This document shows positions 29,208 through 37,759 of a DNA stretch of 57,264 bases, one piece after another. The notes beneath the pieces are model-generated. The model worked only from the letters and a program-made list of their open reading frames with translations. It was not told where the DNA came from and made no database searches. Location of the stretch: UHGV virus genome UHGV-0173438; one strand, written 5' to 3'. Made by a program: the position numbers and the translations under genes. Within the stretch, counting starts at the first letter, position 1; the number at the start of each line of letters is the position of its first letter. Source of the stretch: a virus.

Positions 29208-30932
29208 TTACTCCATAACAATTGTTAATTTATTATTAATGAATCGACATTTTACATAAGGTTGGTTATTGTAAATGGTTGGTAAATTAACAAGGTTGTA
29301 TAATTTCTTTAAATTTTGGGTAAATGTTGTTGGACGAGATTTATCATCACATATTTCTTGCAAACCTCGAACATTAATGTAAAAGTCATTATCTGATGTA
29401 AATAATGCAAAATCTTCTGAATTATTAAATAATTCAATCATGTTGTCAAAGCCATAATATCCCAAGTCTTTTATGCATTTACTGTCATATAATCGTTTTT
29501 TATCTAAACTATATAGCAACGTTTTTGCATTTTCAGATGTTTCTAAATATTTAATTAATTTGTGCAATGATACTCTGTCGACTTTTTCTTTTAAACTTAT
29601 ATCTACGTCTGAGTATTTTAATCGCCAATCATTTTCTGTAAATTTAAAATTTCTTGTGCGATTTTGTGTAGCACTTAAAATACCATACATACCTAAATAA
29701 ACAAAAATTATTGTGTTAAAGATATTATCCTTTATTTCAGATAATGTATCTGAAAAAGTTGTATCATAGTAATCTCCTCTTTTTAAGAAACGTTTTTGGG
29801 CATCCCATTGATACCAAATTTCGAATAAATTTATTCTTCTTCTGAAACCGGTTGAAGTATCGCTAAATTTAACTTTTTCTTGGTCATTCGCACTCCAAAT
29901 ATACTTACAATTTATAATTCCACTATATTTGTTAACACCTTTTGGTTGAATTGTTTGATACATACTACCGGTTATTGCTTTCAACATAGTTGAATCTTCA
30001 TAATTACCAAGCGTAGACGTTTCAAAAAAGAAATTATGTGATTTGTTTTCTAACGAGCCTGTAATAAATCTGTCTTCTTCTATTTCTTTTAATGAATTTG
30101 AAGCAGGGGTAGGAATTACTTTGCTTGTAAAACATCCATCAAATAATGAATTTTTACCATTTTGACCTGACCCAATTAACATCACAAAGTTTTGTGAAAA
30201 AGAATTAAGTAATGTATAACCTAATATTTCACAGAGGTGTAAAAATCGTTTATAATCAAATTGATTTTCCAAATTGTGTGACATGTTATAAACAAGCTCA
30301 AAACAGTAATTCTCGTTTTCTTTTGTAAATTCCTTCATGATTTCTATAAACTCATTTAATTTTGTATCATTTATATTAATATCCAATGGCTCAAAATCAA
30401 TATTTAAATACCAAAAAATACAATATTTATCATCATATAAATATATGGTGTTTTTTAACACTTCTAATTTTAAAATATCGTATTTAAATAACCATTCATT
30501 TTTTATGAAATCATATACTCCATTTCTAAAAGCAACACAGCCGTCTGGAAGCATATTAATTATTTCTGTATCGGAATTTTTATCAAAAGACACTTTCTTT
30601 AATGATGTTTTTAAATTTTGAGTAAAGTTATTAACAATTTTTGTAATTTTATCGTCAATTTCGTCACTTATTTTTGTAAAATATTTAAATCTAAGCAATG
30701 CGTATAAATTATCAATAACAATTTCTTTTGCAGTTGTTCTATCACAAAACACATAATGAATCTGGTCAAATCGTTTAGCAATATAAATCTCACCAAATAC
30801 ATACACATGTACTTCTTTTGCTAATACTTCCCTCCAAGCACTTGCTGGTTTATCCATTAAAATTTGAGTATCAACGTTCTTTATTATTTCTGTCACCTTT
30901 TTCATATTGCTGTCTCCAAATTTCTGTTCCAA
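29208..30932 (-). CDS. D5-like SF3 replicative helicase
   Basis: VAFRNGVYD, LIGSGQNGKNS Walker A, LKAITG, WSAN, D.S.GF.RR. Confidence 0.85.
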   Translation of the reverse strand: MEQKFGDSNMKKVTEIIKNVDTQILMDKPASAWREVLAKEVHVYVFGEIYIAKRFDQIHYVFCDRTTAKEIVIDNLYALLRFKYFTKISDEIDDKITKIVNNFTQNLKTSLKKVSFDKNSDTEIINMLPDGCVAFRNGVYDFIKNEWLFKYDILKLEVLKNTIYLYDDKYCIFWYLNIDFEPLDININDTKLNEFIEIMKEFTKENENYCFELVYNMSHNLENQFDYKRFLHLCEILGYTLLNSFSQNFVMLIGSGQNGKNSLFDGCFTSKVIPTPASNSLKEIEEDRFITGSLENKSHNFFFETSTLGNYEDSTMLKAITGSMYQTIQPKGVNKYSGIINCKYIWSANDQEKVKFSDTSTGFRRRINLFEIWYQWDAQKRFLKRGDYYDTTFSDTLSEIKDNIFNTIIFVYLGMYGILSATQNRTRNFKFTENDWRLKYSDVDISLKEKVDRVSLHKLIKYLETSENAKTLLYSLDKKRLYDSKCIKDLGYYGFDNMIELFNNSEDFALFTSDNDFYINVRGLQEICDDKSRPTTFTQNLKKLYNLVNLPTIYNNQPYVKCRFINNKLTIVME

Positions 30933-31392
30933 TTAAAGTAGCATTATATTCAAACCAAATTTTATTATAATCATCTATTTCTTTTCCCATTTTTTCTTTA
31001 ATTCGAAATATCCAATATCTAATAAATGATGGTATTCCTATCAAAATTAACCAAAATGGACCTAAAATTGCATTTTGATATGAATGACCGTACTCATGCA
31101 ATAAAGTATATTTTGAAAGATGGTTATCAATAAAAATATTTATTCCTAAACTTAATCCACCCCATTGACGACCAAACGCAAAATAAATTGCATTTTGATA
31201 TTTTCTTGGCTTTACTTTATATACAATATATATTATTATAATATATAACCAACCGAACATATTTGTTATTAATCCCCAGGTAAATTGAAGTAAATAATAT
31301 AACATTTTCCTTTTGTTAAGTTTTAAACTTAACTTTAATAAATATTTATGCATGAATTTACCATAATTTGTCACATCATCACATCCTTTCAA
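30871..31392 (-). CDS. membrane protein with HExxH zincin motif
   Basis: TM helices; GGLSLG..IF, LLHEYGHSYQ, WFE..A. Confidence 0.65.
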   Translation of the reverse strand: MKGCDDVTNYGKFMHKYLLKLSLKLNKRKMLYYLLQFTWGLITNMFGWLYIIIIYIVYKVKPRKYQNAIYFAFGRQWGGLSLGINIFIDNHLSKYTLLHEYGHSYQNAILGPFWLILIGIPSFIRYWIFRIKEKMGKEIDDYNKIWFEYNATLIGTEIWRQQYEKGDRNNKER

Positions 31393-31585
31393 AATGAATC
31401 TTTATAACGTTAGGAATATTTATTTCTCTCGATTTCAAATAAATTTCATCCAACAATAGTTGTAAATCTTTAATTGTCATTTCATCGGTTATATCTTTTA
31501 TTGCGTTTTGATACTCAATATTATGCATTACAAATGATAATCGATTAAATAGTTTTACTAATAGAATTGTTTCGTTTTCTGTCAT
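31379..31585 (-). CDS. hypothetical protein
   Basis: GAGGTG RBS behind a partial promoter repeat. Confidence 0.65.
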   Translation of the reverse strand: MTENETILLVKLFNRLSFVMHNIEYQNAIKDITDEMTIKDLQLLLDEIYLKSREINIPNVIKIHFERM

Positions 31586-31600
31586 ATCATCACCTCTTTA

Positions 31601-31641
31601 TAATATTATATCACAAAATAAATTATTTGTACAATCATTTG
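31601..31641 (-). promoter_or_regulatory. promoter repeat, partial copy 3 (no RBS half)
   Basis: taatattatatcacaaaataaattatttgtacaatcatttg. Confidence 0.8.
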
Positions 31642-31982
31642 TTCTTTCTTTTTTTGGCGGCATATTCTCTTTCACGTTTCTTTTTTATTGCAACTTTATC
31701 TCTATTATTATATTCATCAATTATTTCTTGATTTTCTTTTTTCCATTTACTTCTACAATTATAATCGCAAAAGTGATATAATTTGCGTTTAAACATAAAC
31801 GTATATTCCATTTCATCGATTTTTAATGTATATTTTTTATGACAATATGCACATTTTTCTGGCTTTGATTTTAAAGTACAACTTTTATAACCCATTAAAC
31901 CAGTTGGTGCCACGTTTAAATATTCTCTACCATCTTTAGTTAACATTTTTTTCCTCCTTTTGTTTTTCACAATCTTCATCAT
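31635..31982 (-). CDS. TRASH/YHS-like Zn-finger protein (true start probably ~31946)
   Basis: CAYC...YHFCDYNC; basic tail. Confidence 0.55.
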   Translation of the reverse strand: MMKIVKNKRRKKMLTKDGREYLNVAPTGLMGYKSCTLKSKPEKCAYCHKKYTLKIDEMEYTFMFKRKLYHFCDYNCRSKWKKENQEIIDEYNNRDKVAIKKKREREYAAKKRKNK

Positions 31983-32583
31983 CTATATCAAAATAGTACT
32001 TTTTAATTCTCTCTTCGCCTACTTTTTCAATTGCTTTTAGTGCTAATTCTCTTGAAGTAAAGTAAATATTAAGAGGCACAGGTTTAGTATCATCTGTACA
32101 ACTGTATCCAACTCTATTACTATAGCAATCAAAATTAATAAAAAATTTAAGTTGTTTATTATTTTTCCAATCGATTTTTTCCGTATTGTTTTCTAAAGCA
32201 AAATCTTGCAATTCTTTTATTACTTTGAGCTTTTCCACCATGTGTCTTGCTTCTTCTTCAGTTTTAAAGTAATTACCAATTGTCACAAATCCTGATTTTT
32301 GTAATTTATTATCATTTAAATAATAGATATATCCATCGTAATCTATTACCCAAAACGATTCACCTATTCGTGGTTTCCAAACTTTTCTTTCTTCTACTAC
32401 TTCCCAATCGTCGTTTAAAGTATCTGCTAATAAGGATTTTATAAGAATTTCAATTCTTTCACCATTCCAAAATAACTCAGTCTCACCATTTCTTAAAACC
32501 AAAAAACTATTTTTATTATCCCAACCTTTTCTTCTAATTTTCTTTCCCTCTTCCATTAGTTTATATGCTTCTTTAAAATTCAT
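31936..32583 (-). CDS. protein with N-terminal DUF2829/Tad2-like segment fused to a common phage domain
   Basis: MNF.EA...M.EGKKIRRKGW...DTL.DDWEV, then WKP..GE..GNYFKT.EEA domain. Confidence 0.5.
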   Translation of the reverse strand: MNFKEAYKLMEEGKKIRRKGWDNKNSFLVLRNGETELFWNGERIEILIKSLLADTLNDDWEVVEERKVWKPRIGESFWVIDYDGYIYYLNDNKLQKSGFVTIGNYFKTEEEARHMVEKLKVIKELQDFALENNTEKIDWKNNKQLKFFINFDCYSNRVGYSCTDDTKPVPLNIYFTSRELALKAIEKVGEERIKKYYFDIDDEDCEKQKEEKNVN

Positions 32584-32606
32584 TTTTTTTCTTCCTTTCT
32601 AATTGT

Positions 32607-33127
32607 TTATATCATTTTTATTATTATTAACATAACCATTGACAATATGTTTATACTTGTAAATATCAATGCAATTTTATAAAATAAATACTTTTGTTCG
32701 ATTTTTTATGTATACCATTGTTATAATTAGTAAATTGTCCTATCATTTTTCCAAAAAATTCAACGTCGGTACAACGATAAAACTGCTCATTAATGTAATT
32801 ATTGTTGTCAATAAAAGTAGTTTTTCTAGGATACAATCCACAAATTATTAATATTAATGTAATCAACATACTTAAACCAAATAAAATTAAAAATATATAC
32901 ATTAAAATTTTTACACATCCAAATAATTGATTAAGCGATATATTTATTGTTATTAATAATACTAAAGCATTAAATATAAGTAACCAATTTAATTTTTCAT
33001 CTGAAGCTTTAAATCTTTCCCTTTGTATTTTATATATTTCTTTACAGTGAGTATATCCTTGCTTTAAATTTTCTAATTCTTGTTTATCCCTTTCTTCTTG
33101 GGATAATTTATTAATTTTACTTTCCAT
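32607..33127 (-). pseudogene. 3-TM membrane protein, apparently frameshifted at an A6 run near 32705
   Basis: start at ATG 33127 (AGGAGG); the -1 frame supplies a third TM KIEQKYLFYKIALIFTSINILSMVMLIIIKMI*. Confidence 0.5.
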
Positions 33128-33164
33128 TTTTCTTCCTCCTTTTAAAGTAATTTTTGCACATTTC

Positions 33165-33542
33165 TCAGCGTAGTTTTTGACCGCATTTAGGACATCGTTG
33201 CTCAAATTTAATTGTTTGATTTAAAAACTCTTTTTTATAAATGCCTTTATTAACAAGCATATTTTTTCTTCCATCTATGCTGTTATTTTGTGCAAAATTA
33301 CATATAGGGTTTAAAACACAACTTAAGCATTTCTTAGTTTCTGCCATTCTTTCATGACAATAATCTTGAATTTCTTCAAACGATAATTCTTTTATCTTTT
33401 TTTTCATCTTGTTTTTTCCTTTTTTATTTTTATTTATTTTTGTTTTTGGTTTTTTTTTTGCTATTAGTTCTTCATTATATGTCATTCCCCAAAAAATTGC
33501 AAGAAGACAAAAACTAACTATTACAACTGCAGAGTATTCCAT
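33165..33542 (-). CDS. hypothetical Cys-rich protein (KKIKEL paralog family)
   Basis: MKKKIKELS.EE..C...C.SC.L; terminal CPKCGQKL. Confidence 0.6.
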   Translation of the reverse strand: MEYSAVVIVSFCLLAIFWGMTYNEELIAKKKPKTKINKNKKGKNKMKKKIKELSFEEIQDYCHERMAETKKCLSCVLNPICNFAQNNSIDGRKNMLVNKGIYKKEFLNQTIKFEQRCPKCGQKLR

Positions 33543-33578
33543 TATTTTCTATCCTTTTATTTTAGTTTTTATTTATTT

Positions 33579-33869
33579 TTATCTAATTTTCCAAAGTAGT
33601 TTTTGACCACAATGCCAACAATAATCTACTTTAACTAAATTTTTATTAACTTCTATATAGGCGTTGCATTTAGGGCAACGATGTTTATCTTGTTGTTCCA
33701 TTGGCGTTTCTTTATTTACAACTTCTTGCAATAACATAATATCTTTTTTCTTTTCACATTTTGTTAAACAAATTTTTTTATTGAAATCTCCATCACAATT
33801 GCCACAATTCATTATGTCCATTTCAATTCTATTTAACGCTTCTTGATATCTATTATATTTATTCTTCAT
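33579..33869 (-). CDS. Zn-ribbon protein
   Basis: CPKC...YCWHCGQKL. Confidence 0.7.
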   Translation of the reverse strand: MKNKYNRYQEALNRIEMDIMNCGNCDGDFNKKICLTKCEKKKDIMLLQEVVNKETPMEQQDKHRCPKCNAYIEVNKNLVKVDYCWHCGQKLLWKIR

Positions 33870-33873
33870 ATAA

Positions 33874-34317
33874 TTATAACCCTAACTCCTCAACGCTATA
33901 TTCTCTATTAGGACACATATTTTTATACATAGTGTCTTTTGCAAAAATTGGTAAATCTATTACGTCATTCACCAAAGCACTATGAACACTTGGTCTAACA
34001 AATATACAAACATGAGAAATATCATGTGTTATAGGCTCAATCTTTACTATACTTATAATTCTATCCTTAAATGGTTTAATAACATTACTTAAATAATTTT
34101 TTTCTTTTTCAGTAAGAATCTTTGGAATTTGCACTTCAATTTCTATTTCTTTCTCTAAAAAAACATCGTCGGTCAAAGCTCGATGTTCTCTAAGTGCTGC
34201 ACAAATTGTCATACATCTTAACCATTTAAAAGCACACGAATCACAGTTTCCATTTTGTTTACAACATTCGTTAAGCTCCTTTAAAGATAAATCTTTAATT
34301 TTTTTTCTAATTTTCAT
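33874..34317 (-). CDS. hypothetical protein (paralog of 34418-34867)
   Basis: KKIKDL..CC..C..C, IL...EK.YL, YKNM..YSVEELGL. Confidence 0.75.
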   Translation of the reverse strand: MKIRKKIKDLSLKELNECCKQNGNCDSCAFKWLRCMTICAALREHRALTDDVFLEKEIEIEVQIPKILTEKEKNYLSNVIKPFKDRIISIVKIEPITHDISHVCIFVRPSVHSALVNDVIDLPIFAKDTMYKNMCPNREYSVEELGL

Positions 34318-34340
34318 ATTTTTCCTCCCTATTTACATAA

Positions 34341-34403
34341 CTATAAACCCAATTGTTCAGTGGTATACATTGTGTTAAAAACCATATTTTTAAAATCTGC
34401 CAT
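34341..34403 (-). CDS. 20-aa mini-ORF matching the paralog family C-terminus
   Basis: GAAAGGA RBS; MADFKNMVFNTMYTTEQLGL*. Confidence 0.4.
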   Translation of the reverse strand: MADFKNMVFNTMYTTEQLGL

Positions 34404-34417
34404 TTTCTATCCTTTCT

Positions 34418-34867
34418 TTATTTGAGTCCTAATTCTTCAATTGTATAAAATTTATCTTTCATATTTTTAAATAATGTGTTTTTTGTAAGTACAGGTAAAA
34501 CACCTAATATAATTCTTGAATATGGAATTTTACCATTTTCAATTACTATTGAAATAGATAAATTATTTGATGATTCGTTTTCTTTTATATGAATTTTTTT
34601 AACTTTACCAAAATCATTATATAAATTAATATAGGCTTGTAAAAATTTTCTTTCATTGTTACTTAAAATTTCATTATCTAATTCTATTTCTTTGTTTAAA
34701 AATTCATTGCTATATAAATTTTTATTAAATATCCAACATGAATTTGTTTTATACGGCTCACAAATTGTTTTTGAAAATGGACAATTTAAACAATTATATT
34801 TTGCACAACAATTGTTGGTAAACCATTTTTCATATTCTTCTACTGTTAAATCTTTTATTTTTTTCAT
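34418..34867 (-). CDS. hypothetical protein (paralog of 33874-34317)
   Basis: KKIKDL..CC..C..CPF, FKNM..YTIEELGL. Confidence 0.75.
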   Translation of the reverse strand: MKKIKDLTVEEYEKWFTNNCCAKYNCLNCPFSKTICEPYKTNSCWIFNKNLYSNEFLNKEIELDNEILSNNERKFLQAYINLYNDFGKVKKIHIKENESSNNLSISIVIENGKIPYSRIILGVLPVLTKNTLFKNMKDKFYTIEELGLK

Positions 34868-34868
34868 T

Positions 34869-35006
34869 TTATTTATCTCCTTTCTTTAATAATGTTTTTT
34901 CATTTTCCACTGAATGAAATAAATAGATTTGAGTTAGTCTGTTTATCATTTCATCATTAAAATCGGGATACATCTTCTTTAAGATGTTTTGAATTCTTTC
35001 TTTCAT
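34869..35006 (-). CDS. small hypothetical protein
   Basis: AAGGAG RBS before MKERIQNILK. Confidence 0.55.
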   Translation of the reverse strand: MKERIQNILKKMYPDFNDEMINRLTQIYLFHSVENEKTLLKKGDK

Positions 35007-35007
35007 A

Positions 35008-35351
35008 TTATTTATCTCCTTCTTGTTCTCTATATAGATTATTCTCAATAATATCATCTAACCATCTAGCATTAAGTTGTGCTTTAACAATTGGGTCATA
35101 GTAATCGGCAACTGAAACAAATGTTAAATCATTTGAATATTTATTGTAACCTGTTAGTTTATACGATTTATTCATTAATTCGCCTTTAAAAATATAAATT
35201 GTCATTTCTTCTTGTTTAAATCCATATCTTCTTATAATCTTTTCAATTTTTTTAAATTTTCTTCATCATCGTTCATACCTTCCCAAGTAAAGATAGTTGC
35301 ATTTCTTAATTCTTCTAATTTCTTTTTTATTGAAACTTTAATAACTTTCAT
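35008..35351 (-). pseudogene. hypothetical gene split by a -1 frameshift at an A7 run (~35250)
   Basis: MKVIKVSIKK...EENLKK, then -1 frame IEKIIRRYGFKQEEMTIYIF... joins the 35008-35205 ORF. Confidence 0.55.
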
Positions 35352-35362
35352 ATTTAATACTC

Positions 35363-35425
35363 TCTTTCTTGCTCAACCTTTCACATAGTGGAGTTGCAAC
35401 CGCTCAATGCTGGTTTTAAGAAAGA
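35363..35425 (-). ncRNA. twister ribozyme, type P1 (copy A)
   Basis: UCUUUCU-UAA-AACC-AG-CAUUGAGCGG-UUGCAACU-CCACUAUG-UGAAA-GGUU-GA-GCA-AGAAAGA: P1, P2, P4, T1 (UGC/GCA), T2 (AG/CU), conserved UAA and GA. Confidence 0.88.
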
Positions 35426-35454
35426 ATTTTAATCTTTCTTTTGCTTTTCAATTT

Positions 35455-35784
35455 CTAGAAAATCCCTTTTTCTAAACAAGATTTATAATAAGGTACATAG
35501 TTGTTAACCATATTAATAGTAATATATTCTTCTTCATCAAAACCACCATTATATTTAACTACTTCTTTTAAAATCCAAAGTTCGTTATCTATAATTTCTA
35601 TCATATTGGCTTTACTTTGCTTCCAAATAAGATTTTTTAATTTTGTAAATCCATTAAATTTACTATTTAATACATAAACTTCATCGGCTAAACGATATAT
35701 TTCTTTAATTGTAAGATTTTCACTTCTACAAGAATATAACTTTTTGAATGCTTCCTTATTAAATTTTACTTTTAGATTTTTCAT
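35455..35784 (-). CDS. hypothetical protein flanked by two twister ribozymes
   Basis: ORF with AAAGAGG RBS. Confidence 0.75.
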   Translation of the reverse strand: MKNLKVKFNKEAFKKLYSCRSENLTIKEIYRLADEVYVLNSKFNGFTKLKNLIWKQSKANMIEIIDNELWILKEVVKYNGGFDEEEYITINMVNNYVPYYKSCLEKGIF

Positions 35785-35791
35785 AATATTC

Positions 35792-35854
35792 CTCTTTCTC
35801 CATCAGCTTTTTACATAATGACTTTGGACATTCATTGGTAGCTTTAAGGAAGAG
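35792..35854 (-). ncRNA. twister ribozyme, type P1 (copy B)
   Basis: CUCUUCCU-UAA-AGCU-AC-CAAUGAAUG-UCCAAAGU-CAUUAUG-UAAAA-AGCU-GA-UGG-AGAAAGAG: T1 CCA/UGG, T2 AC/GU, covarying with copy A. Confidence 0.88.
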
Positions 35855-35874
35855 ATTTAAGATTAAACTCTAAC

Positions 35875-36123
35875 CTATTTAGTTATCACGTATTTACCTG
35901 GGCATTCACATTCTAAAAAGTATCCATATTTTTCAACTATTTCTTCAAAATCTTTTAATAGCCATCTTTCATAGTAACTTTCTTCTGTATTATCAATTAA
36001 ATACTTATCATCTTTAATTTTGAAATCATAAATTCCATAACGAGTTTTATTGCATCCAAAATCTTCATCATTGTTTAATTCTTCAACTTTGTTTTTTAAT
36101 TCTTCAATCATTTCTTTTTTCAT
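35875..36123 (-). CDS. hypothetical early protein
   Basis: behind promoter-RBS cassette. Confidence 0.75.
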   Translation of the reverse strand: MKKEMIEELKNKVEELNNDEDFGCNKTRYGIYDFKIKDDKYLIDNTEESYYERWLLKDFEEIVEKYGYFLECECPGKYVITK

Positions 36124-36129
36124 TTTGTT

Positions 36130-36204
36130 TTCTCCTTTATTTTTTATTTACATTAATATTATATCATAAAATAAATTATTTGTACAATCATTTGATTCTT
36201 TTTT
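36130..36204 (-). promoter_or_regulatory. repeated promoter-RBS cassette, copy 4
   Basis: near-identical repeat. Confidence 0.85.
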
Positions 36205-36220
36205 GTTGAAACTTTAATGG

Positions 36221-36556
36221 TTAAGCGTTAACATTTATTGTTACTTCTTTTATTTGAGATTTAAAATAAGCATATTCCTTTTGGTTTAAGAAAAACCACC
36301 CCATATCTGAGTATTCATTAAATATAGTTTCATCTTCAGTTAAATATTCTCCACCTTCAATCATATGTACCGGATGTTTACCAGTTGTTTTCACATCATA
36401 TATATGCATTTTAGTTGGTTCAAATTTAGCTGCTAGAATTGTTTTTGTTGTTATCTTCTTTTCAATATGAATTGGGAAATTGTTTCTTTCAATTTCAACT
36501 GAACAATTTTCTAATAACTCTTGGCTTTCACTTTTACTTAATACTAATTTTTTCAT
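36221..36556 (-). CDS. hypothetical early protein
   Basis: behind promoter-RBS cassette. Confidence 0.75.
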   Translation of the reverse strand: MKKLVLSKSESQELLENCSVEIERNNFPIHIEKKITTKTILAAKFEPTKMHIYDVKTTGKHPVHMIEGGEYLTEDETIFNEYSDMGWFFLNQKEYAYFKSQIKEVTINVNA

Positions 36557-36562
36557 TTTGTT

Positions 36563-36638
36563 TTCTCCTTTATTTTTTATTTACATTAATATTATATCAT
36601 AAAATAAATTATTTGTACAATCATTTGATTCTTTTTTT
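36563..36638 (-). promoter_or_regulatory. repeated promoter-RBS cassette, copy 5
   Basis: near-identical repeat. Confidence 0.85.
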
Positions 36639-36655
36639 ATAAAATTTTAACATAA

Positions 36656-36895
36656 TTAATTACTTCCTGGTCTAGGTATTGCATTTTCCCATTGTTGTTC
36701 TTTACATGCAATACAAATAGTAGTAACAGAATCTTCAGTAATGCCTTCCCAATAAAGTTCTTCTGAAATATATTTTAATAGTCTTTCAAAAGAATAACCT
36801 AACATTGCATATCGAGGTCTTAAATTTCTTAATTCTTTTTCATAATAATTTTCATTCTCATCTTTTGTCCAAACGGTAATTGTTAATTTACTCAT
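36656..36895 (-). CDS. hypothetical early protein
   Basis: behind promoter-RBS cassette. Confidence 0.75.
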   Translation of the reverse strand: MSKLTITVWTKDENENYYEKELRNLRPRYAMLGYSFERLLKYISEELYWEGITEDSVTTICIACKEQQWENAIPRPGSN

Positions 36896-36904
36896 AATTT
36901 AATT

Positions 36905-36980
36905 TTCTCCTTTATTTTTTATTTACATTAATATTATATCATAAAATAAATTATTTGTACAATCATTTGATTCTTTTTTT
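36905..36980 (-). promoter_or_regulatory. repeated promoter-RBS cassette, copy 6
   Basis: near-identical repeat. Confidence 0.85.
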
Positions 36981-37236
36981 AACTTTTTTTTTTAAAGAAT
37001 ACCGAAAGGCAAATTATCATACCACTTATGAGCTGCATATGGTCTGCACACCGGAAGTTCAAAATATTTTTCAAGTTCTGCATAACCACTTTTTTTATAG
37101 CAACTATTTTTCCAAAACCAATCATGAATTCTCCAGCACTAATTATATTAAACGCAAACCATTTTCCAACTTCTGCTTTTTTACAATAAGCTTTCTTTCC
37201 TAATCTTTCTCTACTAGGTAATTTAACTTTTTTCAT
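36979..37236 (-). CDS. hypothetical early protein (C-terminus probably in the -1 frame after an A7 run at ~37093)
   Basis: AGGAGG RBS before MKKVKLP; alternative frame KKSGYAELEKYFELPVCRPYAAHKWYDNLPFGIL*. Confidence 0.55.
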   Translation of the reverse strand: MKKVKLPSRERLGKKAYCKKAEVGKWFAFNIISAGEFMIGFGKIVAIKKVVMQNLKNILNFRCADHMQLISGMIICLSVFFKKKS

Positions 37237-37260
37237 TTTAATTTCCTCCTTATATATCAC

Positions 37261-37668
37261 TTATTTTCTTAATAGTTTAACTAATTTTTCATAATCTTCT
37301 TCAGCATAGTTTCCAACCAATAAACTTTCAAGTCCTTGAAGATAAGCTTCGTAGAATCCGTCATCAGAAGTCGAATCGTCCGCATTTTCATAATCCATAG
37401 GTCTATAACCTTCGCGATTTTCTTCATTAAAGAATTTCTTAAATGCGCCCATATTGTCAACAATCATTTCTGACACTTTGCAAGTTGAATACCAATCTTG
37501 ATTAATGTGAACAACTTCAGTTCTTTGAGCAATTTCTTTACAAAATTCATTATACCAATCGATTTCTTCGCTTGGTTCATCTGTAAATTCGATATAAGTT
37601 CCCCAATCAAAAGTATTGTCTGAGATGTCTAAACCTCCATTTAGTTTAATTAATTCTGATAATAACAT
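37261..37668 (-). CDS. hypothetical acidic early protein
   Basis: first gene behind the last promoter cassette; D/E-rich. Confidence 0.75.
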   Translation of the reverse strand: MLLSELIKLNGGLDISDNTFDWGTYIEFTDEPSEEIDWYNEFCKEIAQRTEVVHINQDWYSTCKVSEMIVDNMGAFKKFFNEENREGYRPMDYENADDSTSDDGFYEAYLQGLESLLVGNYAEEDYEKLVKLLRK

Positions 37669-37677
37669 AATTTAATT

Positions 37678-37753
37678 TTCTCCTTTATTTTTATTTTACA
37701 TTAATATTATATCACAAAATAAATTATTTGTACAATCATTTGATTCTTTTTTT
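37678..37753 (-). promoter_or_regulatory. repeated promoter-RBS cassette, copy 7
   Basis: near-identical repeat. Confidence 0.85.
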
Positions 37754-37759
37754 AAAAAT

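Noticed and set aside
36130..37753. Regularly recurring repeats as a CRISPR array
   Set aside because: Repeats are ~75 bp, contain promoter and RBS, and are separated by whole genes; no cas operon (25262-26323 is a stand-alone recombination nuclease)
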